Source: Acidobacteriota bacterium (lineage in GTDB: Bacteria; Acidobacteriota; UBA890; WLXD01). Taken from it: a stretch of DNA of 64,000 nt. The stretch is taken from positions 320,001-384,000 of the forward strand of contig CAXWPL010000003.1 in NCBI GenBank assembly GCA_963666215.2, in the 5' to 3' direction. The notes under the pieces were generated by a model. The model worked only from the letters and a program-made list of their open reading frames with translations. It did not search any database and was not told where the DNA came from. Position numbers and translations under genes: made by a program. This document shows, in pieces, positions 20,792 to 31,825 of this stretch (positions within the stretch are counted from its first letter, which is position 1; every line of letters starts with the position of its first letter).

Positions 20792-22747
20792 GTGGACAGA
20801 GTCTCCGCACACGCGATCTCGGTGCGAGCCAACGAATTGGGCTACAAACAGGCGGACCTCGGAGACGGTCACGTGCTCGTTCACATTCCGGCGGGCACCT
20901 CCGCGATGGGGTCGGAGCGCGGGCTCGACGACGAGCGGCCGGTGCACGATGTCGAGCTCGACGACTATTGGATCGGCGTCTATCCGGTGACAGTCGGGCA
21001 GCTCGCGGCGTCTGTCGACGACACCGGTTACGAAACCGACGCCGAGCGCGGCCAAGGGTCGTGGCAGTGGACGGGCGAGGTGCCTGGGCCCGACGACGAG
21101 GGCGACCCATGGCGCCCGATGCAGGACGGAGCCTGGAACAACATCTACTTCGACCAAGGCGACGATCATCCTGTCGGCAGCGTCAGCTGGAACGACGCGC
21201 AGGCCTTCTGTGCCTGGCTCTCGGCAAGGCTCGAGCTGCCCGTCGTACTCCCCACCGAAGCGCAGTGGGAAAAGGCCGCCCACGGCGTGGACGGCCGCAT
21301 TTATCCCTGGGGTAAAGAGCCTCCTTCGGAGCGTGAGATCCAAGCCAATCTCGCTGACCGCAGCTTCGTCTCCAAATACGGCCCGAACACGCGCCGTCCC
21401 GACGACTCGATCGATGACGGCTTCGTGGAGACGTCACCGGTCGACGCCTTCCCCTCCGGCCGGTCACCCTACGGCGTGTACGACCTGGCGGGGAACCTCG
21501 GCGAGTGGGTGTACGACATCCACGACCGGGACTACTACGAGGGCTCCCCGGCACGGAACCCGACAGGTCCCGAGCGCCCGGCGGGCGTGCCGGACGGCGA
21601 CATCGACCGCGTCAACCGCGGTGGCTCCTGGATCGACTGGGCCGGTGTCGACAGCAGCGGCGTCGTGCGGCCCGAGGGCGGCCACAGCATCCGCGCCGCG
21701 GCGCGCACCGGAGACGAGCAGAACTCGAGCGACGACCACATGGGTCTCCGGGTGGCGATCGACGGCCTCAGGGAAGCCGAGGCGGGACCGGTGGTCTCGG
21801 CCTCGATCTTCGCCGCACCTTCGGCGGCCTCGCAGAAACCCGACCTCAGCGGTGTCGAGATCCTCACGCAGCACGTCGCCGGCAACGTCTACATGCTCGA
21901 AGCAACGGGCGATGTGGCCGGCAACATCGGCGTCTCGGTGGGTCCCGACGGCATCCTGATCGTCGACGACCAGTGGGCCGAGCTCGCCGACCAGGTGGCC
22001 GCGGCGCTCGCTGCGCTTCCCGTGTCCGAATCACCAGCGGAACGGCCAAACCGGGGACTGCGGTTCATCGTCAACACGCATCACCACGACGATCACTCCG
22101 ACGGCAACGCTGCCCTCAGCCACGGCCACGGGGTCCATGCGACCGAGACGGCGCCAGAAGCCGACGAGGCCGATCAGGCCGAGCGGGCAGTCGCGTTGAT
22201 CCCGATCATCGCGCACGACAACGCCCGCCCGCGCATGCTCCACAAGGCACCCGAACACTGGCCGGTGATCACCTTCAACGCCCGCCTGTCGCTGTACTTC
22301 AACGGCGAGGAGATCCGCGCGCTGGCGATGCCCGGCGGCCACACAGACAACGACGTCGTGGTGTTCTTCACCGGCTCCAACGTCGTCCACCTCGGCGACC
22401 TGCTCGATTCGGGTATCTCGAGCTTCCCCGTGACCGACCTCGATGCCGGCGGCAGCGCCCTGCGCATCCTGAGCAACATCGAGACGCTGCTACCGCTCAT
22501 CCCGGACGACGCCAAGCTCATCGCCGGACACGGCCCGCTCGCCGACAAGGCCGAGCTCCACCGCCTGCGCGACAAGCTCGACGAGACGATCACGACCGTT
22601 CGTGACGCGCGCGACAAGGGCACCAGCCTCGAGGAGATCCAGGAAGCCGGCCTACCGGCGAAGTACGACGACTGGGGCTACGGCTACATGTCGGCTGAGG
22701 GTTGGATCGAGATGATCTATCGCAGCCTCGGGGCGGGCGACGCCTGA
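20792..22747 (+). CDS. FGE/SUMF1-like domain fused to an MBL-fold metallo-hydrolase (probable lipoprotein; true 5' end upstream)
   Basis: HPVGSVSWNDA, LPTEAQWEKAA, YDLAGNLGEWV, RGGSW; then THHHDDH, GGHT, HLGD, GHG. The frame stays open upstream through a lipobox-like LLVTLAC near 20700-20722. Confidence 0.8.
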   Translation: MDRVSAHAISVRANELGYKQADLGDGHVLVHIPAGTSAMGSERGLDDERPVHDVELDDYWIGVYPVTVGQLAASVDDTGYETDAERGQGSWQWTGEVPGPDDEGDPWRPMQDGAWNNIYFDQGDDHPVGSVSWNDAQAFCAWLSARLELPVVLPTEAQWEKAAHGVDGRIYPWGKEPPSEREIQANLADRSFVSKYGPNTRRPDDSIDDGFVETSPVDAFPSGRSPYGVYDLAGNLGEWVYDIHDRDYYEGSPARNPTGPERPAGVPDGDIDRVNRGGSWIDWAGVDSSGVVRPEGGHSIRAAARTGDEQNSSDDHMGLRVAIDGLREAEAGPVVSASIFAAPSAASQKPDLSGVEILTQHVAGNVYMLEATGDVAGNIGVSVGPDGILIVDDQWAELADQVAAALAALPVSESPAERPNRGLRFIVNTHHHDDHSDGNAALSHGHGVHATETAPEADEADQAERAVALIPIIAHDNARPRMLHKAPEHWPVITFNARLSLYFNGEEIRALAMPGGHTDNDVVVFFTGSNVVHLGDLLDSGISSFPVTDLDAGGSALRILSNIETLLPLIPDDAKLIAGHGPLADKAELHRLRDKLDETITTVRDARDKGTSLEEIQEAGLPAKYDDWGYGYMSAEGWIEMIYRSLGAGDA

Positions 22748-23042
22748 GACACCCGCGAGGCACCATTGGCCCGGATGCGCATGGCAGCCTGCCGTGAGAC
22801 GACCGCGAGCAATCGCCGGAGAAGGACTTCATCGTCTTGTCGCCGATGACAGTCTCGCCCCGCTCCTGGAGAGCCTCACCGAACACCGCTCCGGCTGCCC
22901 CCGCCTTCTTCCAGACGGCCGTCCCGGATGTGAAGAAGGAACACGTACCATGCGATCACGCTCATCGCTAGCATCTCGCCCCCGTCCTCCAACACGCCCA
23001 CCAAGCTGACGATTACTTCTCTATGTCCCACGACCACACCTC

Positions 23043-23474
23043 GTGCTCTTCATCGGCATGTCGTCGCGCGGCTGGGGGAGCCTCGGCCCCGATCCCTACG
23101 GCCTCCAACGCCTGGTTTGGACTGGCCAGATGCCCTTCGAGGTGCACGAGATGCGGGCTCGGTCCGACGGCTTCGAGCTGACGTTCACCCAGCCTGTCGA
23201 CGCCGCCACGGCCGCCGACCCCGCGTCGTACTTCATGGAGAGCTACACCTACAAGCTCAGCGAAGAGTACGGCGGCCCCGAGGACGACAAGCTGCAGCTG
23301 CGGATCACCAGCGCCGAAGTGGCCGACGACGGTATGAGCGTTCGCCTTTCCATTGATCCGCTCCGCGCCGGCTACGTGCACGAGCTGCACCTCACCGGTG
23401 TTCGCGACGAAAGCGGCTCGGCGCTGCTGCACGACAAGGCCTACTACACCCTGGTCGAGCTCCCGGCGCGTTAG
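23043..23474 (+). pseudogene. C-terminal remnant of a large secreted beta-propeller (sugar-dehydrogenase-like) protein
   Basis: LFIGMSSRGWGS..GLQRLVWTG.MPFE..DGFELTFT.PVD is a C-terminal module. A possible 5' remnant (RBS, ATG near 22949, ADDYF) lies just upstream. Confidence 0.55.
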
Positions 23475-23712
23475 TGCCTGGAAGTCTTCTAGGCGCTGAA
23501 GATCCGCGACGGAGAATCAGTCGAGCCGGCGCGGGACCACGACGAGGAGTCAGTCGAGCGGGGGCGCGCGGCCCAGGAGACCACCGCGAGCACTTTGCCG
23601 AAGCCCGCGCTCACGATAGCCTCTGCGGCTCTACCGTCCTCCGAATCGGCGCCGTCGGTCTCCACCACGCAGCACCAGCCGGTTGCCGCCGGCAAAGGTA
23701 CCGGCCCTCACA

Positions 23713-26043
23713 ATGACCTTTCAGATAGCCACGCTCTTCGCTCTGCTGGTGGTGATGGTCTATCTGTTTCTGACGGAAAAGCTGCCCGTTGACCTGACGG
23801 CGTTCCTCGGGCTGATTGTCCTCATCTTTGCGGGCTACGTGACGCCGTCGGAGGCCTTCCAGGGGTTCTCGTCGCCGGCGGTCATCACCATGCTGTCGGT
23901 GTTCATTCTCGGGGCAGCGCTGCTCGAGACGGGCGTGGCCGACATCATCGGCGGCGGCATTCACCGCGTCGTTGGCAGCAGCGAGATCGGGCTGATCGTC
24001 ACCCTGATGCTGGTGGCCGGCGTCCTGTCGGCGTTCATGAATAACATCGCTGCAACCGCCGTTCTGATGCCCGCTGTGTCGACGCTGGGCCCGCGGGCTG
24101 GGGTGTCTCCGTCGCGGCTCTTCATGCCGCTGGCGTTCGGGGCAATTCTCGGCGGCACCATGACGCTCGTAGGTACGCCGCCGAACATCCTGGCGGCACA
24201 GATACTCAGCGATCGTGGGCTCGAGCCGTTTCAGCTCTTCGATTTCGCGCCCGTCGGCGCGGCGATCATGCTGGTGGGCACTCTCTTCATGCTGACAGTG
24301 GGCCGCAGGCTCTTGCCGGCCGGCGAAGCGCGAGGACCGTCGACGACCAGCGCGACCGACCTGTGCCAGGTCTACCAGCTCGAGGATCGACTCTTCTCGC
24401 TGCGGCTTCCCGAGCACTCGTCGCTCAACGGCAGGACGCTCGCGGAGACCCGCCTCGGGAACACGCTGGGAGTGAAGGTGGTGTCGATTCAGCGCGGCAG
24501 CCAGCACCTGGCGCCAGCCGCCGACACTCGCCTCGAGGGCGGCGACATGCTCGTTGTCGACGGCGAGCCGGAACGCGTCAAGGGGTTCCTCGAGATGGAG
24601 AGCCTCGAGGTCGAGGCGATGCCGGTGGATCTCCTGCCTTCCGTGTCGCCGGGCGCCGGCGGCATCCGTGTGTCGGTCGAGGCCGGAGGCACGGTGGCGG
24701 GGCAGACCCTCCGTGACCTGTCTTTCCGAGCACGCTTTGGGGTGGTGGTGTTGGCGATCCGCCACCGCGACCAGATGTTCATGGATCACCTGGCCGAGCA
24801 GACGCTGCGGATCGGCGACGAAGTGCTGGCTATTGGAAGGCGTGAGGACCTGGAGCGATTCTCCGAGGAGCCGGGGTTCTCGGTTTCGGCCATCGGCCTC
24901 TCTGCGATCGAAGACCTGCAGGAACGCCTGCACGTCATCCAAGTGCCCGAAGGATCGCAGCTGGCGGGCGTGACGATCGCCGCCAGCCGCCTCGGTGAGC
25001 TCGCCGGAATCACGGTGGGCGGCGTGATTCGCGATCGGCAGACGCGGCTGGCGATCACGCCCGACGATCCGATCCTCGCCGGCGACCGCCTGCTCTTGGT
25101 GGCTGATCGCAGGGCCATCGACAGTCTCGCCGCCGCGGGAGAGGTCGAGCTCGGCCCGGCGGGCGGCCAGGAGCTGCTCGAGACCGAAGAGATAGCGATG
25201 GTCGAGGCCGCGGTGGCCCCCCGATCGGCGGCAGAGGGTCGCAGCATGGAGGAGCTCGATTTTCAGCGCCGCTACGGGCTGCTCGCGCTGGCGCTGTGGC
25301 GAGGCGGTCGCCCGGTCCACGCCGACCTGGCTCATGTGCCCCTACGCTTCGGCGACGCGTTGCTGCTGCGCGGACCACGCGACAAGATGAAACGCCTCGC
25401 CTCCGAGGCCGACTTCGTCGTCCTTTCGCAGGCGGCCCAGGCGGTGCGTCGCAAGCGCAAGGCGCCGTTCGCGCTGGGTGGCCTGGTTCTGATGATCGCG
25501 CTGGTGGCGACCGGCACGCAGCCCATCCACGTGGCAGCGTTCACCGCGGCAAGCCTGGTGATCCTGGCCGGCGCCTTGACCATGCAGGAGACCTACAAGG
25601 TCATCGAATGGCGGGCGATCTTCCTGGTGGCGGCAGTGCTGCCCGTGGGCTTCGCCATGGAACGCACCGGTGCCGCCAGATTCCTGGCCGACAGCGTGAC
25701 TGCCACCGCCGGCCCGCTCGGCCCGTACGCCGTGCTCGCCGCCCTCGTGGTGCTCGCCAGCGTCCTCAGCCAGGGCCTCGACGGCGCGCCGGCTGTCGTG
25801 CTGCTGGCCCCGGTGGTGCTCGAGATGGCCGAGCGTCTACAGCTCAGCCCGTACCCGCTCATGATGGGAGTCAGCCTGGCGGCGTCGGCGGCCTTCATGA
25901 CGCCGTTCAGCCACAAGGCCAACCTTCTCGTCATGGGTGCAGGAGGCTATCGCTCCTCCGACTACTTGAAGGTCGGCACGCCCCTGACGGTGATCCTGCT
26001 CATTCTGCTCGTTGTACTCGTACCGGTCTTCTTTCCGTTCTAG
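23713..26043 (+). CDS. SLC13-family permease with four TrkA-C domains
   Basis: SAFMNNIA, GGTMTLVGTPPN, four S.L.G.TL-type TrkA-C repeats, FMTPFSHKANLLVMGAGGY. Confidence 0.9.
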   Translation: MTFQIATLFALLVVMVYLFLTEKLPVDLTAFLGLIVLIFAGYVTPSEAFQGFSSPAVITMLSVFILGAALLETGVADIIGGGIHRVVGSSEIGLIVTLMLVAGVLSAFMNNIAATAVLMPAVSTLGPRAGVSPSRLFMPLAFGAILGGTMTLVGTPPNILAAQILSDRGLEPFQLFDFAPVGAAIMLVGTLFMLTVGRRLLPAGEARGPSTTSATDLCQVYQLEDRLFSLRLPEHSSLNGRTLAETRLGNTLGVKVVSIQRGSQHLAPAADTRLEGGDMLVVDGEPERVKGFLEMESLEVEAMPVDLLPSVSPGAGGIRVSVEAGGTVAGQTLRDLSFRARFGVVVLAIRHRDQMFMDHLAEQTLRIGDEVLAIGRREDLERFSEEPGFSVSAIGLSAIEDLQERLHVIQVPEGSQLAGVTIAASRLGELAGITVGGVIRDRQTRLAITPDDPILAGDRLLLVADRRAIDSLAAAGEVELGPAGGQELLETEEIAMVEAAVAPRSAAEGRSMEELDFQRRYGLLALALWRGGRPVHADLAHVPLRFGDALLLRGPRDKMKRLASEADFVVLSQAAQAVRRKRKAPFALGGLVLMIALVATGTQPIHVAAFTAASLVILAGALTMQETYKVIEWRAIFLVAAVLPVGFAMERTGAARFLADSVTATAGPLGPYAVLAALVVLASVLSQGLDGAPAVVLLAPVVLEMAERLQLSPYPLMMGVSLAASAAFMTPFSHKANLLVMGAGGYRSSDYLKVGTPLTVILLILLVVLVPVFFPF

Positions 26044-26246
26044 CAAACGCATCGGGCCTCGACGCTGAACACCGTAAATCTCCAGGGCTCCGTATGACAG
26101 TGGCTCGGGGCCCAGTTGGCCGCCTCGAGCATCCGGGTCACCAGATCGAGATCGATCGGGTCGGAAGAAAGACCGGCAAGGCCGACGCTCCAGCGGGTGC
26201 GAATCGCGTTGAAGATCCGCTCTGGATTACGGTCACTCGGTTCCAC
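26040..26246 (-). pseudogene. Nitroreductase N-terminal remnant
   Basis: AIRTRWS..MLEAANWAPSHCHTEPWRF, then ends after 68 aa against the SLC13 stop codon. Confidence 0.7.
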
Positions 26247-26377
26247 TTCGCGTGCACCTCGTCAGGAATTCGTCGCGGATGTCTGAGGCCGAAGGACTCG
26301 CGCTGCCGCTGGTGAGTCGACGTCCCGCGCCTTATCCTACGGCCACATTGGAATCCCGCACCAGAAAGGAACCCCCG

Positions 26378-28933
26378 ATGCTCGCAGCGCTTCGCCTCGT
26401 TACCCGGAAACACCGCGGCTCGTACACCCTCCCCCACCATTCCGCCACGACGATTGCAGCGGCAACGCTGGTCATCTCGCTCCTGGCTTCGCCGAGCGTA
26501 TTCGCCACGAGCCCACAAAGAGGCCAGATGTCGACCGATGCTGTGTATCAGGTGCCCGGGCCGGAGCTCACTGCGCTGGTCGACGCGCCCACCACGCCGG
26601 CCGTCGCCGTGAGTCCCGACCACGAGCACCTGCTCTTGATGGAAGTCCCCGGCTTGAACTCGATTGCCGACCTGGCGCAGCCGGAGCTGCGTATCGCCGG
26701 GCTTCGGATCAGTCCCCGCACCAACGGCCCGAGCAGAGCGCGCTACTTCGTTGGCATGACGATCAAGAGGCTGGCAGACGGCGCCGAATCGATCATCAAC
26801 GGCCTACCTGAGTCGCCGCGAATCGGCAACGTGGCCTGGTCGCCCGACGGCGCGCGTCTGGCCTTTACGATCACTCGCGACCAGGGCATCGAGCTTTGGA
26901 CCGCCGACGTCGCCACCGCCACCGCGCAGCGCCTGACCGGCGCTCGTGTGAACGCAGCCTACGGACGCGCCTTCAGCTGGAAGAACGACAGTCGCACGCT
27001 GGTGACCCGCCTCGTGCCGAGCGAGCGCGGCGCGATGCCACAGGCGTCGATGGTGCCAACCGGCCCGGTGATCCAGCAAACCACGGGTAAAAACGCCGCC
27101 GCCCGGACCTATCAGGACCTGCTCAAGAACGCCGACGATGAGGCCCTCTTCGAGCACTTCATGACGTCGCAGGCAGCGCTCGTTACCGTCGACGGCCACG
27201 TCACGGAGATCGGTCCCGAGGCGCTGATCGCCAGCGCCGTGCCCTCCCCTGATGGGCTCTTTCTGCTCGTCACACGCATCGAGCGGCCCTTCTCGTACAT
27301 CGTGCCGGTGTCTCGTTTCCCGAGACGCATCGACGTGTGGGACAACGACGGCGTTGGCGTGAAATCGATCGCCGCGCTACCGCTGCAAGAAGAGCTGCCG
27401 CTGGGCTTCGACTCGGTGGCCACCGGACACCGCTCGGTCGGTTGGCGCACGGGCACCGACGCAACCCTGTACTGGGTGGAAGCACAGGACGGTGGCGACG
27501 GAAGGGCACCCGCCGAGGTGCGCGACCGTATGTTCACGCTCGCGGCACCTTTCGAGGGTGAGCCTACGGCGGTCGCCGACCTCGGCCTTCGTTTTGCCGG
27601 CGTTCGATGGAGCGGGGGGGAAAGCGGAAGCGACGGCAACCTCGCTCTGGTGAGCACACGCTGGCGGCGCTCGCGGCAAACACGAACCTGGGTCGTTCGG
27701 CCCGACTCGCCCGGCTCTGCGCCGACGCTTCTTTGGGACCGCTCGCAGGAAGATCGTTACGGCGACCCCGGACGGCCGATCAATCAATCGGGCGCGCTCG
27801 GCAGCGTGTTGAAGGTGGCCGACGACGGCTCGCTCTTCCTGCTCGGGCAGGGCGCTTCTCCCGCAGGCAACCGGCCGTTCATCGACCGGCTCGATTTGAA
27901 CACTCAGGAAACAACGCGGCTGTGGCGGTCGGAGGCCCCGTACTACGAGAGCACCGTCGCGCTGCTCGACGAAACGGGCAACCGCGTGCTGACGCGGCGC
28001 GAATCGGTTGAGGAGCCTCCGAACTACTTCGTGCGCGATCTGACGAGCGGAAACCTGCAACAGATCACGGAGTTCACCCACCCGACGCCGCAGCTGGCGA
28101 ACGTTTCCAAGGAGCTCACCCGTTACGAGCGCGCCGACGGCGTCAAGCTCACCGGCGTGCTCTACCTGCCGTCCGGCCACGAAGAGGGCGACGGTCCCCT
28201 ACCCGTTCTGATGTGGGCCTACCCACGTGAGTACAAAGACGCCTCCCTGGCCGGCCAGCTCACCGATTCGCCGTACCGCTTCGTGCGCGTGAGCACCGGC
28301 GGCGCGCTGCCCATGCTGACGCAGGGCTGGGCCGTGTTCGACAACCCCTCGTTGCCGATCATTGGCGAGGGCGACGAGGAGCCCAACGACAGCTACGTCG
28401 ATCAGCTGGTGGCGGGCGCTCGCGCCGCGATCGATGTTCTGGTTGAGCGCGGCATCGCCGACCCCGAGCGCGTTGCGATTGGTGGTCACTCCTACGGCGC
28501 CTTCATGACCGCGAATCTGTTGGCGCACTCCGACCTGTTCCGTGCCGGCATCGCACGTTCGGGCGCCTACAACCGCACGCTCACACCGTTCGGCTTCCAG
28601 TCGGAGGAACGCACCTTCTGGCAGGCGCCCGAGATCTACTTCGCCATGTCGCCGTTCATGCATGCCGACAAGGTCAACGAGCCGATCCTGATGATCCACG
28701 GCGAGGCCGACGACAACTCCGGCACCTTCCCACTGCAGAGCCGGCGCTTCTACTCCGCGCTCAAGGGCCACGGCGCCCTGGCCCGTCTGGTGATGCTGCC
28801 GCACGAGAGCCACGGCTACCGCGCGCGCGAATCGATCCTGCACATGCTGTGGGAGCAGAGCGAGTTCTTGAAGCGCAGCGTGGAGTTTGCCCCCGGGCGC
28901 AACGAGATGACCGGCGATGGCCAAGAGCGCTGA
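26378..28933 (+). CDS. S9-family (glutamyl-endopeptidase-like) serine peptidase
   Basis: Catalytic GGHSYG, HGEADDNSGT, LPHESHGY; N-terminal propeller; AAAGGA RBS. Confidence 0.92.
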   Translation: MLAALRLVTRKHRGSYTLPHHSATTIAAATLVISLLASPSVFATSPQRGQMSTDAVYQVPGPELTALVDAPTTPAVAVSPDHEHLLLMEVPGLNSIADLAQPELRIAGLRISPRTNGPSRARYFVGMTIKRLADGAESIINGLPESPRIGNVAWSPDGARLAFTITRDQGIELWTADVATATAQRLTGARVNAAYGRAFSWKNDSRTLVTRLVPSERGAMPQASMVPTGPVIQQTTGKNAAARTYQDLLKNADDEALFEHFMTSQAALVTVDGHVTEIGPEALIASAVPSPDGLFLLVTRIERPFSYIVPVSRFPRRIDVWDNDGVGVKSIAALPLQEELPLGFDSVATGHRSVGWRTGTDATLYWVEAQDGGDGRAPAEVRDRMFTLAAPFEGEPTAVADLGLRFAGVRWSGGESGSDGNLALVSTRWRRSRQTRTWVVRPDSPGSAPTLLWDRSQEDRYGDPGRPINQSGALGSVLKVADDGSLFLLGQGASPAGNRPFIDRLDLNTQETTRLWRSEAPYYESTVALLDETGNRVLTRRESVEEPPNYFVRDLTSGNLQQITEFTHPTPQLANVSKELTRYERADGVKLTGVLYLPSGHEEGDGPLPVLMWAYPREYKDASLAGQLTDSPYRFVRVSTGGALPMLTQGWAVFDNPSLPIIGEGDEEPNDSYVDQLVAGARAAIDVLVERGIADPERVAIGGHSYGAFMTANLLAHSDLFRAGIARSGAYNRTLTPFGFQSEERTFWQAPEIYFAMSPFMHADKVNEPILMIHGEADDNSGTFPLQSRRFYSALKGHGALARLVMLPHESHGYRARESILHMLWEQSEFLKRSVEFAPGRNEMTGDGQER

Positions 28934-28979
28934 GTCAAGATCTGACGTCATGCGAGCGCGAGCTCGTGAAGGAGCCACT

Positions 28980-30296
28980 GTGAGATTCCGAATTCTGGTC
29001 GTCGCGCTGCTCGTACTACTCGCCACACCGGTGTCATACGCGCAGAACGTAGCGCACACCGCGAAGGCGCGAGCCGAGATCCTCCACCTGATCCGCAGGG
29101 AGAAGCTCGACCTCATCCTGCCGATCGCGATGCGCGAGAACGGCATCGACATGTGGATTCACGTCATCCGCGCCGGCAATCCCGACCCCATGTCGGTGCA
29201 CTTCGGTGGCGCCAGCGGCTACCTGATCTTCACCGACCGCGGCGGCGACCGGATTGAGCGCGCGGTGCTCGGAGGTGGCGGCCATCCAGAACTGTTCGAC
29301 ATCTTCGGCTCCGACGACCTGGCGCGGGCCGTGGAGGGCTACAACCGCGGCAGTGTCGACGAGTCGGTGTACGACGAGATCCGCGATTTCGTCGGCGATC
29401 GCGACCCCGCCACGATCGCGGTCAACACCTCGGAGTGGCTGACGATCTCAGACGGCATCTCGCACTCCGACTACATGAAACTGGAGAGCATCCTCGAGCG
29501 CGCGCTCTCCAGGGAGGTCATCACACCGGGTGTGACCACGCTCGATGACGTCGGGTGGTGGGTACGCGAGGAGATGTTTAAGCAGGGCCTCTCGAGTGGG
29601 CCGAGCCTCGGCGTCAGCATCCCGCGGATCCTCTACTCGGCGGTCTCCGAGGCCATCGATCCTCCTGATGTCCGCTGGTGGATCCACCACGGCAGCTACG
29701 TCATCCAGCGCGGCGATTTCATGACCTTCGACATCGGCGTGCGTTACCTCGACTACTTCGTCACCGACTACAAGCGCAACGCCTACGTCATGCGCGAGGG
29801 TGAGGTCTCTGTACCCGAGCCCATCCAACTGGCCTACGACCGCGCGATCGGCGCGCAGCCGATCATCCGCAAGCAGATCAAGGTCGGGCAGACGGCGAAG
29901 GAAACGCTCGACAAGATCGTTGCGGCGCTCGAGACGGCCGGCTACATCTACACACCGTTCATCGACATCGGCACCCAAGACTACGAGATGGTCCAGGAGG
30001 CGATGATCGGCGCCGGCACAGAGCGCTCCGGCTTCTCGATCGACCTCCACAGCCAGGGCAACAACGGCGGCAGCCTGGTCACGGTCGGCCCGTCGGTAGC
30101 GCCGTTCCGCTCCGATCGCAACGACATCGTCATCAAGGAGAACCACATCTTCTCGTTCGAGTACATGGTTCACACCAACCTCCCGGACCGGCCAAACTTC
30201 CCGGCCTCGCTCAACATCGAGGGCAACCACGTCGTCACGAGTCAGGGCGTGGAGTTCCTGTATCCGCCGAACGAGCGCATTCTGATCATCCGTTGA
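28980..30296 (+). CDS. M24 (Xaa-Pro aminopeptidase-like) family protein, probably with an in-frame internal deletion
   Basis: REKLDLILP.AMRENGIDMWI, ERALSREVITPGVTT, VIQRGD, TDYKRNAY. YMKLESIL is joined directly to ERALS (about 29496), so an intervening segment appears missing. Confidence 0.7.
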   Translation: MRFRILVVALLVLLATPVSYAQNVAHTAKARAEILHLIRREKLDLILPIAMRENGIDMWIHVIRAGNPDPMSVHFGGASGYLIFTDRGGDRIERAVLGGGGHPELFDIFGSDDLARAVEGYNRGSVDESVYDEIRDFVGDRDPATIAVNTSEWLTISDGISHSDYMKLESILERALSREVITPGVTTLDDVGWWVREEMFKQGLSSGPSLGVSIPRILYSAVSEAIDPPDVRWWIHHGSYVIQRGDFMTFDIGVRYLDYFVTDYKRNAYVMREGEVSVPEPIQLAYDRAIGAQPIIRKQIKVGQTAKETLDKIVAALETAGYIYTPFIDIGTQDYEMVQEAMIGAGTERSGFSIDLHSQGNNGGSLVTVGPSVAPFRSDRNDIVIKENHIFSFEYMVHTNLPDRPNFPASLNIEGNHVVTSQGVEFLYPPNERILIIR

Positions 30297-30348
30297 GGTT
30301 GGCTGCCAAGAGCATGCTCGCGTCGCCCCAGGTGACGCTGCAGCCACT

Positions 30349-31821
30349 ATGTTGGAGCCCGACTGCATGAGAGTCCGCACGAGTTGCCGTGTCGCCACCA
30401 CGCCTCGACCAGCACCAACGCTCGCACGAGCCGCTGTCACATGCGCGCTGATTGCCGCAACTGCTGGAATCGCGCCTACTGCGGCCGCGGCCTCACAGCA
30501 ACCGGCTAGTCCGCTCGCCGTGGAGATTTTCCGCGAGCTCATCGAGATCCGTTCGAGCGAGAACTACCCGGAAAACACGCGCCGACTCCTTGAGGGTGTG
30601 GTGCAACGGCTCAAAGCGGCAGGCTTCGCCGACAACGAGATCGAGCTAATTGAAGCGGGCCGTCTCAATCTCGTCGTGCGCTACCGAGGGACCGGTAGTC
30701 GCAAGCCCCTGCTCGCCATGGCGCACGTCGATGTGGTCGACGCCGACCCTGACTCGTGGCGGGCCGATCCGTTCACCTTCGTCGAGGCCGACGGCTACTA
30801 CTGGGGCCGCGGTACCACCGACAACAAGGCCGGCGCGGCGAGCCTCATCGCCAACTTCATCCGCCTGCGCCAGGAGGGATACGAGCCCGACCGCGACCTG
30901 ATCATGGTGCTCACCGGCAACGAAGAGACCACCATGGACGGCATCGCGCACCTGGCCGCCGAGCGCCTCGACCTGATCGGCGCCGAGCTGGCATTCAACA
31001 CCGATTCCGGCGGTGGGGTGCTCGACCCGAACGGCGAGCCGTCCACCTTCATGGTTCAGATGGCCGAGAAGCGCTATCAGACGTTCGAGTTGATGACGTC
31101 GAACGCAGGGGGCCACAGCTCGTTGCCGCGCCCCGACAACGCCATCTACGAGCTCGCCCAGGCACTTGTCCGACTGCAGCGGTACGGCTTCCAGACGGAC
31201 GTCAGCGATATTGCCCGAGAGGGCTTCCGGGTGGCGGGAGAACGCACGCCCGGCGAGGAGGGGGAGCTTCTTCGCGAGGCCGGCAGGGAGAACGCCGATC
31301 CCGAAGCCCTACGGCGGCTGGCGGCGAGCGACCCGTGGGCCAACTCGACCATGAGAACCACCTGTGTCGCAACCATGCTGGAGTCGGGCGTGGCCGAGAA
31401 CGCCCTGCCGCGCGCCGCCAAAGCAACCGTGAACTGCCGCATCGTCCCGGGTGTGGAGCCGACGCGTGTGCTCGCGACCCTTCGCGAAGTGATCGCCGAC
31501 GACAGCGTCGAAGTCAGCATGGTCGCCGGCGGCGGCGACGCAGCCAGTCCACCTTCTCCCCTGCGTGCCGACGTCGTCGAGCCCATCCGCGAGCTCATCG
31601 AAGAGCTCTGGCCTGGCACGGCCGTGGCCCCTGAGCAATCGACCTACGCCACCGACGGCCTCTGGGTTCGCAACGCTGGCATCCCGGTTTACGGTGTGTC
31701 GGGCCTGTTCAGCGAGCCCGACGACGTCCGCGCCCACGGCCTCGACGAGCGTGTCGGCGTCGAATCGTTCCACGACTCGGTCGAGTTCTGGTATCGGCTA
31801 CTCAAGCGCTTCAGCAGCTGA
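30349..31821 (+). CDS. M20/M25/M40-family metallo-hydrolase
   Basis: AHVDVV, WGRGTTDNK, GNEET, GGHSS.P, AHGLDER. Start uncertain. Confidence 0.9.
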   Translation: MLEPDCMRVRTSCRVATTPRPAPTLARAAVTCALIAATAGIAPTAAAASQQPASPLAVEIFRELIEIRSSENYPENTRRLLEGVVQRLKAAGFADNEIELIEAGRLNLVVRYRGTGSRKPLLAMAHVDVVDADPDSWRADPFTFVEADGYYWGRGTTDNKAGAASLIANFIRLRQEGYEPDRDLIMVLTGNEETTMDGIAHLAAERLDLIGAELAFNTDSGGGVLDPNGEPSTFMVQMAEKRYQTFELMTSNAGGHSSLPRPDNAIYELAQALVRLQRYGFQTDVSDIAREGFRVAGERTPGEEGELLREAGRENADPEALRRLAASDPWANSTMRTTCVATMLESGVAENALPRAAKATVNCRIVPGVEPTRVLATLREVIADDSVEVSMVAGGGDAASPPSPLRADVVEPIRELIEELWPGTAVAPEQSTYATDGLWVRNAGIPVYGVSGLFSEPDDVRAHGLDERVGVESFHDSVEFWYRLLKRFSS

Positions 31822-31825
31822 CCGC

